Part shown: positions 8,036 to 16,154 of the stretch, piece by piece
How positions within the stretch are numbered: position 1 is the stretch's first letter
How the letters are laid out: each line of letters opens with the position of its first letter
Assembly (NCBI GenBank): GCA_028723425.1
Contig: JAQYEZ010000044.1
Location: forward strand, 1-32,000
Direction: 5' to 3'
From: Peptoniphilaceae bacterium
GTDB lineage: Bacteria > Bacillota > Clostridia > Tissierellales > Peptoniphilaceae
Length of the DNA stretch: 32,000 nt
Notes under the pieces: model-generated
Database searches by the model: none
What the model was told of the DNA's origin: nothing
The model's input: only the letters and a program-made list of their open reading frames with translations
Position numbers and translations under genes: made by a program

Positions 8036-9376
8036 ATGAAATATTTTGGAACAGACGGCTTTAGAGGTCAAGCAAATAGAAATTTAAATATGTATCATGC
8101 ACTTAAAATCGGAAGATTTATAGGTGATTATTTTAGTAAAAATGGAAAAGGAAAAATCGTTATAGGAAAAGATACCAGAAGATCTTCTTATATGTTCGAA
8201 TCAGCCTTGGCTGCTGGTATAACCTCATCAGGATCAGATGCTTATCTTTTACATGTAACAACAACACCTTCAGTTTCTTATGCAGTAAGAAGTGATTATT
8301 TTGATTGTGGAGTTATGATAACAGCTAGCCACAACCCATATTATGATAATGGTATAAAACTTATCAATTCTCATGGGGAAAAAATGGATGATGAGTTTTT
8401 GGAAAAATTAGAAACCTATATAGATTCTGATATAGAAGATATAGATTTAGCAGTAGACACAAATATAGGTAGGACTATAGACTATACTATAGGAAGAAAT
8501 AGATATATTGCCTTTTTAATTCAAACAGTTACCAAGTCTTTTAAGGGCTATAAAGTTGGTCTTGACTGTGCCAACGGAGCAAGTTTTACCATAGCAAAAT
8601 CCGTTTTTGATGCTCTTGGTGCCCAAACTTATGTAATAAATGATAAACCAGATGGTTTCAATATTAATGTAGATAGCGGTTCAACTCATATTAAGTTTTT
8701 ACAAAAATATGTAATAGATAATAAACTTGATTGTGGCTTTGCCTATGATGGTGATGCTGATAGGTGTATCGGTGTTGACCATAAGGGAAATGTTATGGAT
8801 GGAGATACTATTCTTTATATATGTGGTAAATATTTAAAAGAACAAGATGCACTTGAAACAAATACCATAGTAACTACAGTAATGAGTAATATCGGTCTTT
8901 ATAAGGCTTTGGATAGGCAAGGAATTTCTTATAGTAAAACACCAGTTGGAGATAAATATGTCTACCAAAATATGGCAGAAAATGGTCACTCTTTAGGGGG
9001 TGAGCAATCTGGTCATATAATTTTTGCAAAGTATGCCAATACTGGTGATGGTATTTTAACTTCTTTGATGATGATGGAAGCTATGATAGAAAATAAAACA
9101 AATTTTGCTGCCTTAAGCAGGGATTTAAAAATTTACCCTCAAGTTTTGGAAAATATTAGAGTGAAAGATAAAGATAAAGTCTTAAATGATCCAAAGGTTG
9201 TAGCTATTTGCAAAAAAGTTGAGGAAGATCTTGGAGATTCAGGAAGAGTTCTAGTAAGAAAAAGTGGGACAGAACCTTTATTGAGGGTTATGGTAGAAGC
9301 AGAGACAGATGAAACTGCAAAAGAAAAAACAAAAGAGATAGTAGAAGTAATAAAGTCAACAGGACTTTGTGATTAA
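8036..9376 (+). CDS. glmM: Phosphoglucosamine mutase
   Basis: Active-site phosphoserine loop TASHNPYYDNGIK, metal loop DGDADRC and sugar loop GGEQSGH. RBS GGAGG at 8025-8029. Confidence 0.93.
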   Translation: MKYFGTDGFRGQANRNLNMYHALKIGRFIGDYFSKNGKGKIVIGKDTRRSSYMFESALAAGITSSGSDAYLLHVTTTPSVSYAVRSDYFDCGVMITASHNPYYDNGIKLINSHGEKMDDEFLEKLETYIDSDIEDIDLAVDTNIGRTIDYTIGRNRYIAFLIQTVTKSFKGYKVGLDCANGASFTIAKSVFDALGAQTYVINDKPDGFNINVDSGSTHIKFLQKYVIDNKLDCGFAYDGDADRCIGVDHKGNVMDGDTILYICGKYLKEQDALETNTIVTTVMSNIGLYKALDRQGISYSKTPVGDKYVYQNMAENGHSLGGEQSGHIIFAKYANTGDGILTSLMMMEAMIENKTNFAALSRDLKIYPQVLENIRVKDKDKVLNDPKVVAICKKVEEDLGDSGRVLVRKSGTEPLLRVMVEAETDETAKEKTKEIVEVIKSTGLCD

Positions 9377-9377
9377 T

Positions 9378-9704
9378 ATGAAAGACTTTTTTTCAGGTAG
9401 AGAAATAAATATAAAGGAAAAAGTTCTAATTGTAGGATCAAAAGTTTATGCTAAAGAATCTTATATGGCCTTTGATACTAGAAGACTTGAGGGATATCCT
9501 CCAAAAATCTACTACGATAATGATGAAAATCTACTGGGAAAGATGTATGATAATAAAGTCTACGAGTTAGAAGATATAGAAGATATATTGATAACTTATT
9601 CAGACACCTGCTTTTCTAATCATGATTTGGATGATTTGAGAGAGTATTTAATTAAAAAAAGGCAGGAATTTTATAGAAAACTTGAAAATGAGGAAATTAC
9701 TTAA
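9378..9704 (+). CDS. Hypothetical acidic protein (108 aa from the ATG at 9378) with no recognisable motif
   Basis: ORF begins 2 nt after the glmM stop (the GTG alternative at 9369 overlaps glmM). There is no obvious SD sequence. No homology recognised by eye. Confidence 0.45.
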   Translation: MKDFFSGREINIKEKVLIVGSKVYAKESYMAFDTRRLEGYPPKIYYDNDENLLGKMYDNKVYELEDIEDILITYSDTCFSNHDLDDLREYLIKKRQEFYRKLENEEIT

Positions 9705-9722
9705 TAATCTATGTTTCAAATG

Positions 9723-9751
9723 TTGACAAATGGACTATTAAGTGATATTAT
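9723..9751 (+). promoter_or_regulatory. Sigma-A promoter of the rpmG-secE-nusG-rplK-rplA unit
   Basis: TTGACA (9723-9728), 17-nt spacer ending in TGA (extended -10), TATTAT (9746-9751). Confidence 0.6.
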
Positions 9752-9793
9752 ATATTTTTGTATGGGAATCCATATAAATATAGGAGGTGTTTT

Positions 9794-9943
9794 ATGAGAG
9801 ATAAAGTAAAACTAGAATGCACAGTGTGCAAAAATAGAAATTACGATACTACAAAAAATAAAAAAACAAATCCTGATAGGATTGAATTAAAAAAGTATTG
9901 TCCTTTCTGTAAAAAACACACAGTACACAAAGAAACCAAGTAA
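9794..9943 (+). CDS. rpmG: 50S ribosomal protein L33 (zinc-ribbon C+ form)
   Basis: [49 protein letters not shown], with CxxC...CxxC. AGGAGG at 9783-9788. The upstream 12 codons in the ORF track are rejected. Confidence 0.92.
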   Translation: MRDKVKLECTVCKNRNYDTTKNKKTNPDRIELKKYCPFCKKHTVHKETK

Positions 9944-9954
9944 GGAGTCTTTAA

Positions 9955-10137
9955 ATGGCTAAGAACAAAGAAGGCTTTTTACAAGCGGAAAAAAAAGAAT
10001 TCAAAAAAATCAATTGGCCAACTAAAAAAGATACATTTGATTACTCTTTACTAGTAATAATAGCATCTGTTATTACAGGAATTCTTATTTGGGGACTAGA
10101 TGTTGTTTTTGGAAATATTTTAAAATTTATTATGTAG
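9955..10137 (+). CDS. secE: Preprotein translocase subunit SecE
   Basis: 60 aa with a single C-terminal TM helix and the conserved E.KK..WP.....T motif (KKEFKKINWPTKKDT). Canonical position between rpmG and nusG. Confidence 0.88.
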   Translation: MAKNKEGFLQAEKKEFKKINWPTKKDTFDYSLLVIIASVITGILIWGLDVVFGNILKFIM

Positions 10138-10144
10138 GTGAATT

Positions 10145-10744
10145 ATGACTGATTCATTAAATGATAATAAAGAAAAAGAAATAATTGAAACAGAAGAAGT
10201 TAACCCAGAAGAACTTGAAGAAGTCGATAAAAAACCAAAATGGTATGTAGTTCATACTTATACAGGCTATGAGAACAGAGTAAAAGACAAAATTCAGATG
10301 ATGATTGATAATGAACAAAATCCTGATATTGTTGATGTAACAGTTCCTACAGAAGAGTATGTAGAAGTAAAGAACGATAGTAAAAAAGCAAAAACAAGAA
10401 AATTATTCCCAGGTTATGTAATGGTAAAGATGAATATAACAAATAGATCTTGGTATATCATCAGGAATACACAAGGAGTTACAGGCTTTGTTGGACCTGA
10501 TTCTAAACCTGTTGCACTTACTGCAAGAGAAGTTAGAAAGTTTGGTATAAAAGAACAAAAACCTATAGTAAATTTCAACGTAAACGTGGGAGACAATGTA
10601 AACATCATAGCAGGTCCTTTTGTGGACTTTGTTGCAGAGGTTAAAGAAATCGATAAAGATAAACAAATAATAAAGGCATCTATAGATATGTTTGGAAGAG
10701 ACACCTTGATTGATTTAAACTTTGCAGATGTTGAATCGATTTAA
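10145..10744 (+). CDS. nusG: Transcription termination/antitermination factor NusG (with an acidic N-terminal extension of about 30 aa)
   Basis: NGN domain KWYVVHTYTGYENRVKD, FPGYVMVKM, and C-terminal KOW motif GDNVNIIAGPFVDFVAEVKEID. Confidence 0.93.
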   Translation: MTDSLNDNKEKEIIETEEVNPEELEEVDKKPKWYVVHTYTGYENRVKDKIQMMIDNEQNPDIVDVTVPTEEYVEVKNDSKKAKTRKLFPGYVMVKMNITNRSWYIIRNTQGVTGFVGPDSKPVALTAREVRKFGIKEQKPIVNFNVNVGDNVNIIAGPFVDFVAEVKEIDKDKQIIKASIDMFGRDTLIDLNFADVESI

Positions 10745-10762
10745 CTGGCTTACGTAAAGTAA

Positions 10763-10789
10763 GTGGGAGGGTAAAACCCGCCAAACCAC
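10763..10789 (+). promoter_or_regulatory. Candidate L1-binding autoregulatory hairpin in the rplK leader
   Basis: GTGG-GA-GGGT-AAA-ACCC-GCCAAA-CCAC, ending directly 5' of the AAAGGAGG SD of rplK. It has the same architecture as the element at 11239-11265. Confidence 0.4.
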
Positions 10790-10804
10790 AAAGGAGGATA
10801 AAAA

Positions 10805-11239
10805 ATGCCAGCAAAAGAAAAAGAAGTACAAGCAGTAGTAAAATTACAAGTACCAGCAGCACAAGCCTCACCAGCACCACCAGTAGGTACTGCTTTAGGA
10901 CCTCATGGTATTAATATTATGGAATTTGTGCAAGCATTCAACTCAAAAACAGCTGATCAAGCAGGTATGATTATACCGGTGGAAATGACTATTTATAAGG
11001 ACAGATCATTTACCTTTATCACAAAAACACCACCAGCACCAGTATTAATCAAAAAGGCTCTTGGACTTGATAAGGCTAGTGGAGAACCAAACAAGAAAAA
11101 AGTTGGTACAATCACAAAAGCTCAAATCCAAGAAATTGCTGAAACAAAGATGCCAGATCTTAATGCAGCAAATTTAGAAGCAGCAATGAGTATGATAGCA
11201 GGAACATGCAGAAGCATGGGAGTTACTGTAGAGGAATAG
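10805..11239 (+). CDS. rplK: 50S ribosomal protein L11
   Basis: [34 protein letters not shown] and the remainder of the canonical L11 sequence. Confidence 0.95.
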   Translation: MPAKEKEVQAVVKLQVPAAQASPAPPVGTALGPHGINIMEFVQAFNSKTADQAGMIIPVEMTIYKDRSFTFITKTPPAPVLIKKALGLDKASGEPNKKKVGTITKAQIQEIAETKMPDLNAANLEAAMSMIAGTCRSMGVTVEE

Positions 11240-11265
11240 TGGAAGAGGAAACTCGCTAGGACCAC
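11239..11265 (+). promoter_or_regulatory. Second candidate L1-binding hairpin, immediately upstream of rplA
   Basis: GTGG-AA-GAG-GAAA-CTC-GCTAGGA-CCAC, followed directly by the AAGGAGG SD of rplA. Confidence 0.4.
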
Positions 11266-11276
11266 AAGGAGGCAAC

Positions 11277-11984
11277 ATGGCTAAAAGAGGAAAAAAATAT
11301 ATAGAATCAAAAAAGGCTTATGATTCTCACAAAGAATATGAGCTAGCAGAAGCTTTAGACATACTAGAAAAATCAGCAAAGGCAAACTTTGATGAAACTG
11401 TAGAGCTACACTTAAGACTAGGTGTAGATAGCAGACATGCTGACCAACAAGTTAGAGGAACAGTAATTCTTCCTCATGGTACAGGTAGATCAATTAAGGT
11501 ACTTGCGCTTGTAAAAGATGATAAAGTTCAAGAGGCTCTTGATGCAGGAGCAGACTTTGCAGGAAGTGATGAATACATCGAAAAGATCCAAGGCGGTTGG
11601 TTAGGTTTTGATGTAATGATTACATCTCCAGATATGATGGGTCAAGTTGGTAGACTAGGTAGAATTCTAGGACCTCAAGGCTTAATGCCAAACCCAAAAA
11701 CTGGTACAGTTACACCAGATATAGCAACAGCTATTAAAGAAACAAAAGCTGGTAAAGTAGAATATAGAACAGATAAGAACAACCTAATCCACGTTCCAGC
11801 AGGTAAAGTTTCTTTTGGAAAAGAAAAACTTGCTGATAACTTGAGTGTTCTATTAACAGCAGTTGTTAAAGCAAAACCAGCAGCAGCTAAGGGTAAATAC
11901 CTTAGATCTGTAACAATTGCATCAACAATGGGACCTGGTATTAAATTATCACCTGTAAGAGCAATGGACTTAGTAGAAAAATAA
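11277..11984 (+). CDS. rplA: 50S ribosomal protein L1
   Basis: [31 protein letters not shown] and [15 protein letters not shown] are typical L1 sequences. Confidence 0.95.
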   Translation: MAKRGKKYIESKKAYDSHKEYELAEALDILEKSAKANFDETVELHLRLGVDSRHADQQVRGTVILPHGTGRSIKVLALVKDDKVQEALDAGADFAGSDEYIEKIQGGWLGFDVMITSPDMMGQVGRLGRILGPQGLMPNPKTGTVTPDIATAIKETKAGKVEYRTDKNNLIHVPAGKVSFGKEKLADNLSVLLTAVVKAKPAAAKGKYLRSVTIASTMGPGIKLSPVRAMDLVEK

Positions 11985-11993
11985 TATAAATAT

Positions 11994-12022
11994 TTGCACT
12001 AGTATTAATATTGTGCTATAAT
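11994..12022 (+). promoter_or_regulatory. Sigma-A promoter of rplJ-rplL
   Basis: TTGCAC (11994-11999), 17-nt spacer, extended -10 TGC-TATAAT (12014-12022). Confidence 0.65.
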
Positions 12023-12029
12023 ATTTGAG

Positions 12030-12154
12030 TCAAATAAACAGGCTACCAAAGACTACGGAGACTTTAAGGTTTAATAATTCCGTATAGGTGGGAAAGAAAC
12101 TACATCCCCACCGATGTAGACATAAAATTATGTCTACTTTTTGTGGGGTTTTTT
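12030..12154 (+). promoter_or_regulatory. Ribosomal protein L10 leader (L10/L12-responsive attenuator) with an intrinsic terminator
   Basis: Structured 5' UTR of about 160 nt upstream of rplJ. It contains helix TACGGA (12054-12059) / TCCGTA (12079-12084). GGTGGG (12087-12092) / CCCACC (12107-12112) competes with CCCCAC (12106-12111) / GTGGGG (12143-12148). The latter pairing encloses GTAGACAT (12116-12123) / ATGTCTAC (12130-12137) and is followed by TTTTTT. Confidence 0.7.
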
Positions 12155-12188
12155 AATACTCACTTGGACAGCCATGGGAGGTGAAATA

Positions 12189-12737
12189 ATGTCAGAAAGT
12201 TCAATCAATGCTAAAAAAGAAGTTATCAACGAAATCAAAGAAAAGATTCAAAATGCAAAATCAGTTACACTTGTAGAATTTAACGGTATGGATGTACTTG
12301 AAGTAACAGACTTACGTAATAATTTTAGACAAGCAAATTCAGAATACAAGGTATACAAAAACACAATGATGAGATTTGCATTTGAAGAACTTGGCTACGA
12401 TCAATTTGCTAAGGAACTTAAAGGATCAAACGCCCTTATCTTTTCAAATGAAGAAGTCGTTGACGGACCAAAAGTTGCTATCAATTATATAGATAAGAAA
12501 GATGAAAACAAGGAAAAACTAATATTCAAATCAGGTATTGTAGATGGAGATTACCAAAATCCAGATCAAATGACTGCAATAGCTAAACTTCCTTCAACAG
12601 AAGCATTACTATCTATGCTTGTTAATGTATTGCAAGCACCTATTAGAAATCTTGCTATCGATCTTAACCAAGTTAACGCTAAACTTGTATATGCACTTGA
12701 TGCAATTAGAGAGAAAAAAGAAAACGAAGCAGCATAA
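12189..12737 (+). CDS. rplJ: 50S ribosomal protein L10
   Basis: ATG at 12189 follows GGGAGGTG. The N-terminal half is L10-like and the C-terminal helix is the L7/L12-binding region. The 16 upstream codons in the ORF track lie inside the leader and are rejected. Confidence 0.92.
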   Translation: MSESSINAKKEVINEIKEKIQNAKSVTLVEFNGMDVLEVTDLRNNFRQANSEYKVYKNTMMRFAFEELGYDQFAKELKGSNALIFSNEEVVDGPKVAINYIDKKDENKEKLIFKSGIVDGDYQNPDQMTAIAKLPSTEALLSMLVNVLQAPIRNLAIDLNQVNAKLVYALDAIREKKENEAA

Positions 12738-12778
12738 TAAAAAACAAAATAAAATAATAAAATTAATGGAGGCATAAA

Positions 12779-13156
12779 ATGGCATCAGAAAAAGTAACAA
12801 ACTTATTAGAAGAAATCAAAACACTTACAGTATTAGAATTATCAGAATTAGTTAAAGAATTAGAAGAAGAATTTGGCGTAACAGCTCAAGCGGCAGTTGC
12901 AGTAGCTCAAGCACCAGCAGCAGGAGCAGAAGCAGCAGCTGAAAAGACAGAATTTGATGTAGTTCTTAAATCAGCAGGAGCATCAAAAATCAACGTAATC
13001 AAAGTTGTTAAAGACATAACAGGACTTGGCTTAAAAGATGCTAAGGCATTAGTTGATGGAGCTCCAAAAGCTGTTAAAGAAGGAGTTTCTTCAGATGAAG
13101 CTGAAGACCTTAAAGCAAAATTAGAAGAAGCTGGAGCAGAAGTAGAATTAGCTTAG
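12779..13156 (+). CDS. rplL: 50S ribosomal protein L7/L12
   Basis: N-terminal dimerisation helix, Ala-rich hinge [13 protein letters not shown], and C-terminal domain [25 protein letters not shown]. Confidence 0.96.
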   Translation: MASEKVTNLLEEIKTLTVLELSELVKELEEEFGVTAQAAVAVAQAPAAGAEAAAEKTEFDVVLKSAGASKINVIKVVKDITGLGLKDAKALVDGAPKAVKEGVSSDEAEDLKAKLEEAGAEVELA

Positions 13157-13185
13157 TTATTTTGAAAAAAGTAAATATTAGCTAG

Positions 13186-13240
13186 AAATGACCTTAAATA
13201 TTGGATATAATTTACAATATTTAAGGTCATTTTATTATTT
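13186..13240 (+). terminator. Strong rho-independent terminator after rplL
   Basis: Perfect 18-bp stem AAATGACCTTAAATATTG (13186-13203) / CAATATTTAAGGTCATTT (13215-13232), followed by a T-rich tract. Confidence 0.8.
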
Positions 13241-13401
13241 TATATATTTACAAAAAAAAATAAGATATAATTCTAATAAAGAGGAGCTTACATACATTAG
13301 CTAGGCAATAAGAAAATATGAATTCTGTTTAATATTCGTGGTAACCTTTTCAAAATTATCAAAAACATAACCATAGTAGAAGCCTTAAGTGGAGAAAAAG
13401 G

Positions 13402-14076
13402 ATGAAAATTTTAAAAAAATTATTTATAGTTATGGCAAGCTTATTTCTACTTGCATCTTGTAAGGACTCGCAAAATTCTGTTGAACAAAATATACCAAGT
13501 GAAGATATGGACTTAGTAGAAAAAATAAAAGAAAATGAAAATCCTGATGGAGTATTCACATATCAAACATCTAAAGCTGCAAATAATGAGTTAGTCAATA
13601 AAGTAATCATCGCACATAATAATAAAGATAAAATTAGTATTGATGAAACTATTGAAGAAGGCCAAGATGATATAGTATATATTTTTTATGAGGACTCTAG
13701 GCTATTTATAAATAAGACAAAAGAAAATTACTATGAAGGTCCATATAATAGGAGTATTTTTGATAAGATTTTAGGAAATACTAAAAGAGAAGAAGTCTCC
13801 CCATCAATAATCGAAGAGTATTTATCTAATAATCCTGGCTATGGGGTAGAAAAAGAAGATGGCTATACACTTATCAAGTTAGATGATGGACAATATAGAA
13901 AATATGATTCTTCTTATAAACTGGTTGAGTCTTTTGAAAGTAGTGAAAGAATGAATACAAAAACAGAGCTTATTGATGAAGATTATGATTTTGACAAGTT
14001 CTATAAGGGACTTCTTGACCTTAGAGATAAATATAAAAAAGAAGAAGATATGTCACAAGTGACAGGTAAGGGTTGA
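13402..14076 (+). CDS. Lipoprotein, acidic, function unknown (first gene of a five-gene operon)
   Basis: Signal peptide with lipobox LLAS-C (MKILKKLFIVMASLFLLASCKD). RBS GGAGAAAAAGG. No catalytic motif recognised. Confidence 0.75.
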   Translation: MKILKKLFIVMASLFLLASCKDSQNSVEQNIPSEDMDLVEKIKENENPDGVFTYQTSKAANNELVNKVIIAHNNKDKISIDETIEEGQDDIVYIFYEDSRLFINKTKENYYEGPYNRSIFDKILGNTKREEVSPSIIEEYLSNNPGYGVEKEDGYTLIKLDDGQYRKYDSSYKLVESFESSERMNTKTELIDEDYDFDKFYKGLLDLRDKYKKEEDMSQVTGKG

Positions 14077-14077
14077 T

Positions 14078-14626
14078 ATGAAAAAAATAATAAAATTTCT
14101 GATAGTTGCTCTTTTACTAGGCTTTATATTTAGAGTTTATAGCCTAAATAAGACTTATCCAAAAGATGAAAAAATAAAAGAATATCAATTAAATGAACCT
14201 ATAACTTATAAAAATATTCAAATAAAAGTAAGTGGTTTTAAGCTAAATGATTTAAGGGGAAAAGATGATCCAAGAATATTGGATGTTTATTTTGATGTAA
14301 AAAACTTTACTGATAAAGAAATAAGTCTTTATGATGTGCCAAATTCGTTTGTTCTTTACCAAAATTTTTCTAATTCAGTGATACAAAACACAATAGAAGA
14401 AGGCATACCAAGCGATTATAAAATATCCTATAAGAAAGAAGATATGGTTTTAAAAGCAAAGGAAGAAAAAAAATTTACTTTTAAGTATATGGTTGAAGAT
14501 TATGACATGAATAGGAAAAATTTTCTTTATATAAATAATAATCTATATAAAGACCAATATATGGATTATTTTGATAAGGGGTACTTGTTCTATGAGATTA
14601 TAAATTTGGGTGATATATATGAGTAA
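14078..14626 (+). CDS. Single-pass membrane-anchored protein with an extracytoplasmic, beta-rich-looking domain (possibly DUF4352-like)
   Basis: One N-terminal TM helix (IIKFLIVALLLGFIF) followed by about 150 aa of soluble domain. The ATG lies 1 nt after the upstream TGA. Confidence 0.6.
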   Translation: MKKIIKFLIVALLLGFIFRVYSLNKTYPKDEKIKEYQLNEPITYKNIQIKVSGFKLNDLRGKDDPRILDVYFDVKNFTDKEISLYDVPNSFVLYQNFSNSVIQNTIEEGIPSDYKISYKKEDMVLKAKEEKKFTFKYMVEDYDMNRKNFLYINNNLYKDQYMDYFDKGYLFYEIINLGDIYE

Positions 14627-15422
14627 AGAGTATATGATTAGGGTTTTTAAAAGAAAAAGAGTATGGATATGTTTATTTTTGACTCTTGTAATAAATTATT
14701 TTGATTTTTCCCAAAGATCTATAGTAGCTCCATTAAAGGATGTTACAATCCTACAGTCGGCTTTTAATGAAAATATTCTAATTTGGGGCAGAGGACTGCT
14801 TGGATATTTTCTTTATACATTTTTACTATTTATCTTGGCTTCAATATGCCTTAGCGACCTTATCAGCGAAGATATGGAAACTAAATTAATAAATATAGAA
14901 CTTACAAAAAAGAAAAAAAGTAAATATGTAAGAGATGCCTACCTCAATAATTTTGTAATAGGTGGATTTTTTACTCTTTTGCCAATAGTGATAAATTTAA
15001 TGCTTTGGCTTATGATAAGACCTATGTGGCATTTAAATTTCATTAATTCTGGACTTGATAATCATGTGATTTTTTCCAGTATTTTTTCTAAAAATATATT
15101 TTTATTTTATTTTTTAGTATTTATAAAAATTTTTGTGATGGGCGGAATCATTGCAAGTTTTGCACTTTTTATGAATACAAAATACAAGAGCTCATATCTA
15201 GGAGTAATAGGAGTTTTAATAATTGATATTATTGTTCAATATCTAGTTTCTATAATATCAAGTTTAACTGGTAACTTTATAAGCTTTGATGGTTTAATGT
15301 CACTAACTACTGATATCATGTATGTGGATTTTAATATCTTTACTAGCTTATACTTGCTTATTATGATTTTTATACCAATTATCTATTTTGTTAGATTTTC
15401 TAAACAGAGGGATTTTATATAA
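14619..15422 (+). CDS. ABC-2-type integral membrane permease (about 6 TM), subunit 1
   Basis: About six hydrophobic segments in 267 aa. The ATG at 14619 overlaps the upstream stop (ATGAGTAA). The GTG alternative is at 14610. Confidence 0.65.
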   Translation: MSKEYMIRVFKRKRVWICLFLTLVINYFDFSQRSIVAPLKDVTILQSAFNENILIWGRGLLGYFLYTFLLFILASICLSDLISEDMETKLINIELTKKKKSKYVRDAYLNNFVIGGFFTLLPIVINLMLWLMIRPMWHLNFINSGLDNHVIFSSIFSKNIFLFYFLVFIKIFVMGGIIASFALFMNTKYKSSYLGVIGVLIIDIIVQYLVSIISSLTGNFISFDGLMSLTTDIMYVDFNIFTSLYLLIMIFIPIIYFVRFSKQRDFI

Positions 15423-16154
15423 ATGCTTATAAGAGATTTAAAATATGAGTTTAAGAGTTTAAAAAAGTATCTGATATTTATTTTTTCTATATCTTCTATA
15501 TTTCTCTTAGACTCTATAACTAATAACAAAAATCCTATAGAATATTATCTTTTGGCTATTTCAAGAGATATGGGCATGGTCTATGATTTGAGAGATTTTG
15601 TTTTGCCATTTGTTTGGCTTATCTTTCATCTTTTGCCAGTTTTTGCCCTACTAGATGTCATCTATAAAGATCATAGCAATAATGGAATGTATATAATGCT
15701 AAAAGCAAAAGGAAAAAGAGAATACTTTTTTAGCAAATTAATAGCTTCTAGCCTACTTATTTCTTGTATTTTTGTGAGCCTTATAATTATGTTTAACTTA
15801 GTATATTCCATAGTCGGAGGGATAAAGCCAACAGATGTTACAAACCTTATTAGGATACTTATCACCTACATGCTTGAAGATCTAGTTTTGTTACATCTAG
15901 GCTTATTATTTGCTATTTTAGTATCTGAAAGAATATCTTTAGTACTTATTCTAATTAATCTATGCCTTTGTATGTTTACAAATTTAAAATTCATGATAGG
16001 TCAAGGCTCTTTGGTTATGAAACAAGATATTTTTGGTGGTGAATTTAGCTTTGGCTTTAATCTGCTTGTAATTATAACTTATATTTGTATATATGTAGTA
16101 GTTATATATATTTTTTCACCTAAATACAATTATTATGGGAGTAAAGATGATTGA
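15423..16154 (+). CDS. ABC-2-type integral membrane permease (about 6 TM), subunit 2
   Basis: 243 aa, polytopic. The ATG directly abuts the upstream TAA (TAAATG). Confidence 0.65.
   Translation: MLIRDLKYEFKSLKKYLIFIFSISSIFLLDSITNNKNPIEYYLLAISRDMGMVYDLRDFVLPFVWLIFHLLPVFALLDVIYKDHSNNGMYIMLKAKGKREYFFSKLIASSLLISCIFVSLIIMFNLVYSIVGGIKPTDVTNLIRILITYMLEDLVLLHLGLLFAILVSERISLVLILINLCLCMFTNLKFMIGQGSLVMKQDIFGGEFSFGFNLLVIITYICIYVVVIYIFSPKYNYYGSKDD

Noticed and set aside
10403-10880. Three minus-strand ORFs (10403-10666, 10414-10704, 10680-10880) antisense to nusG and the rplK start. One is an extremely Leu/Val-rich peptide that looks like a membrane protein.
   Set aside because: They lie entirely antisense to strongly recognisable, highly expressed genes and have no SD sequence. 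Their composition is the mirror image of Lys/Glu-rich sense codons. They are classic shadow ORFs.
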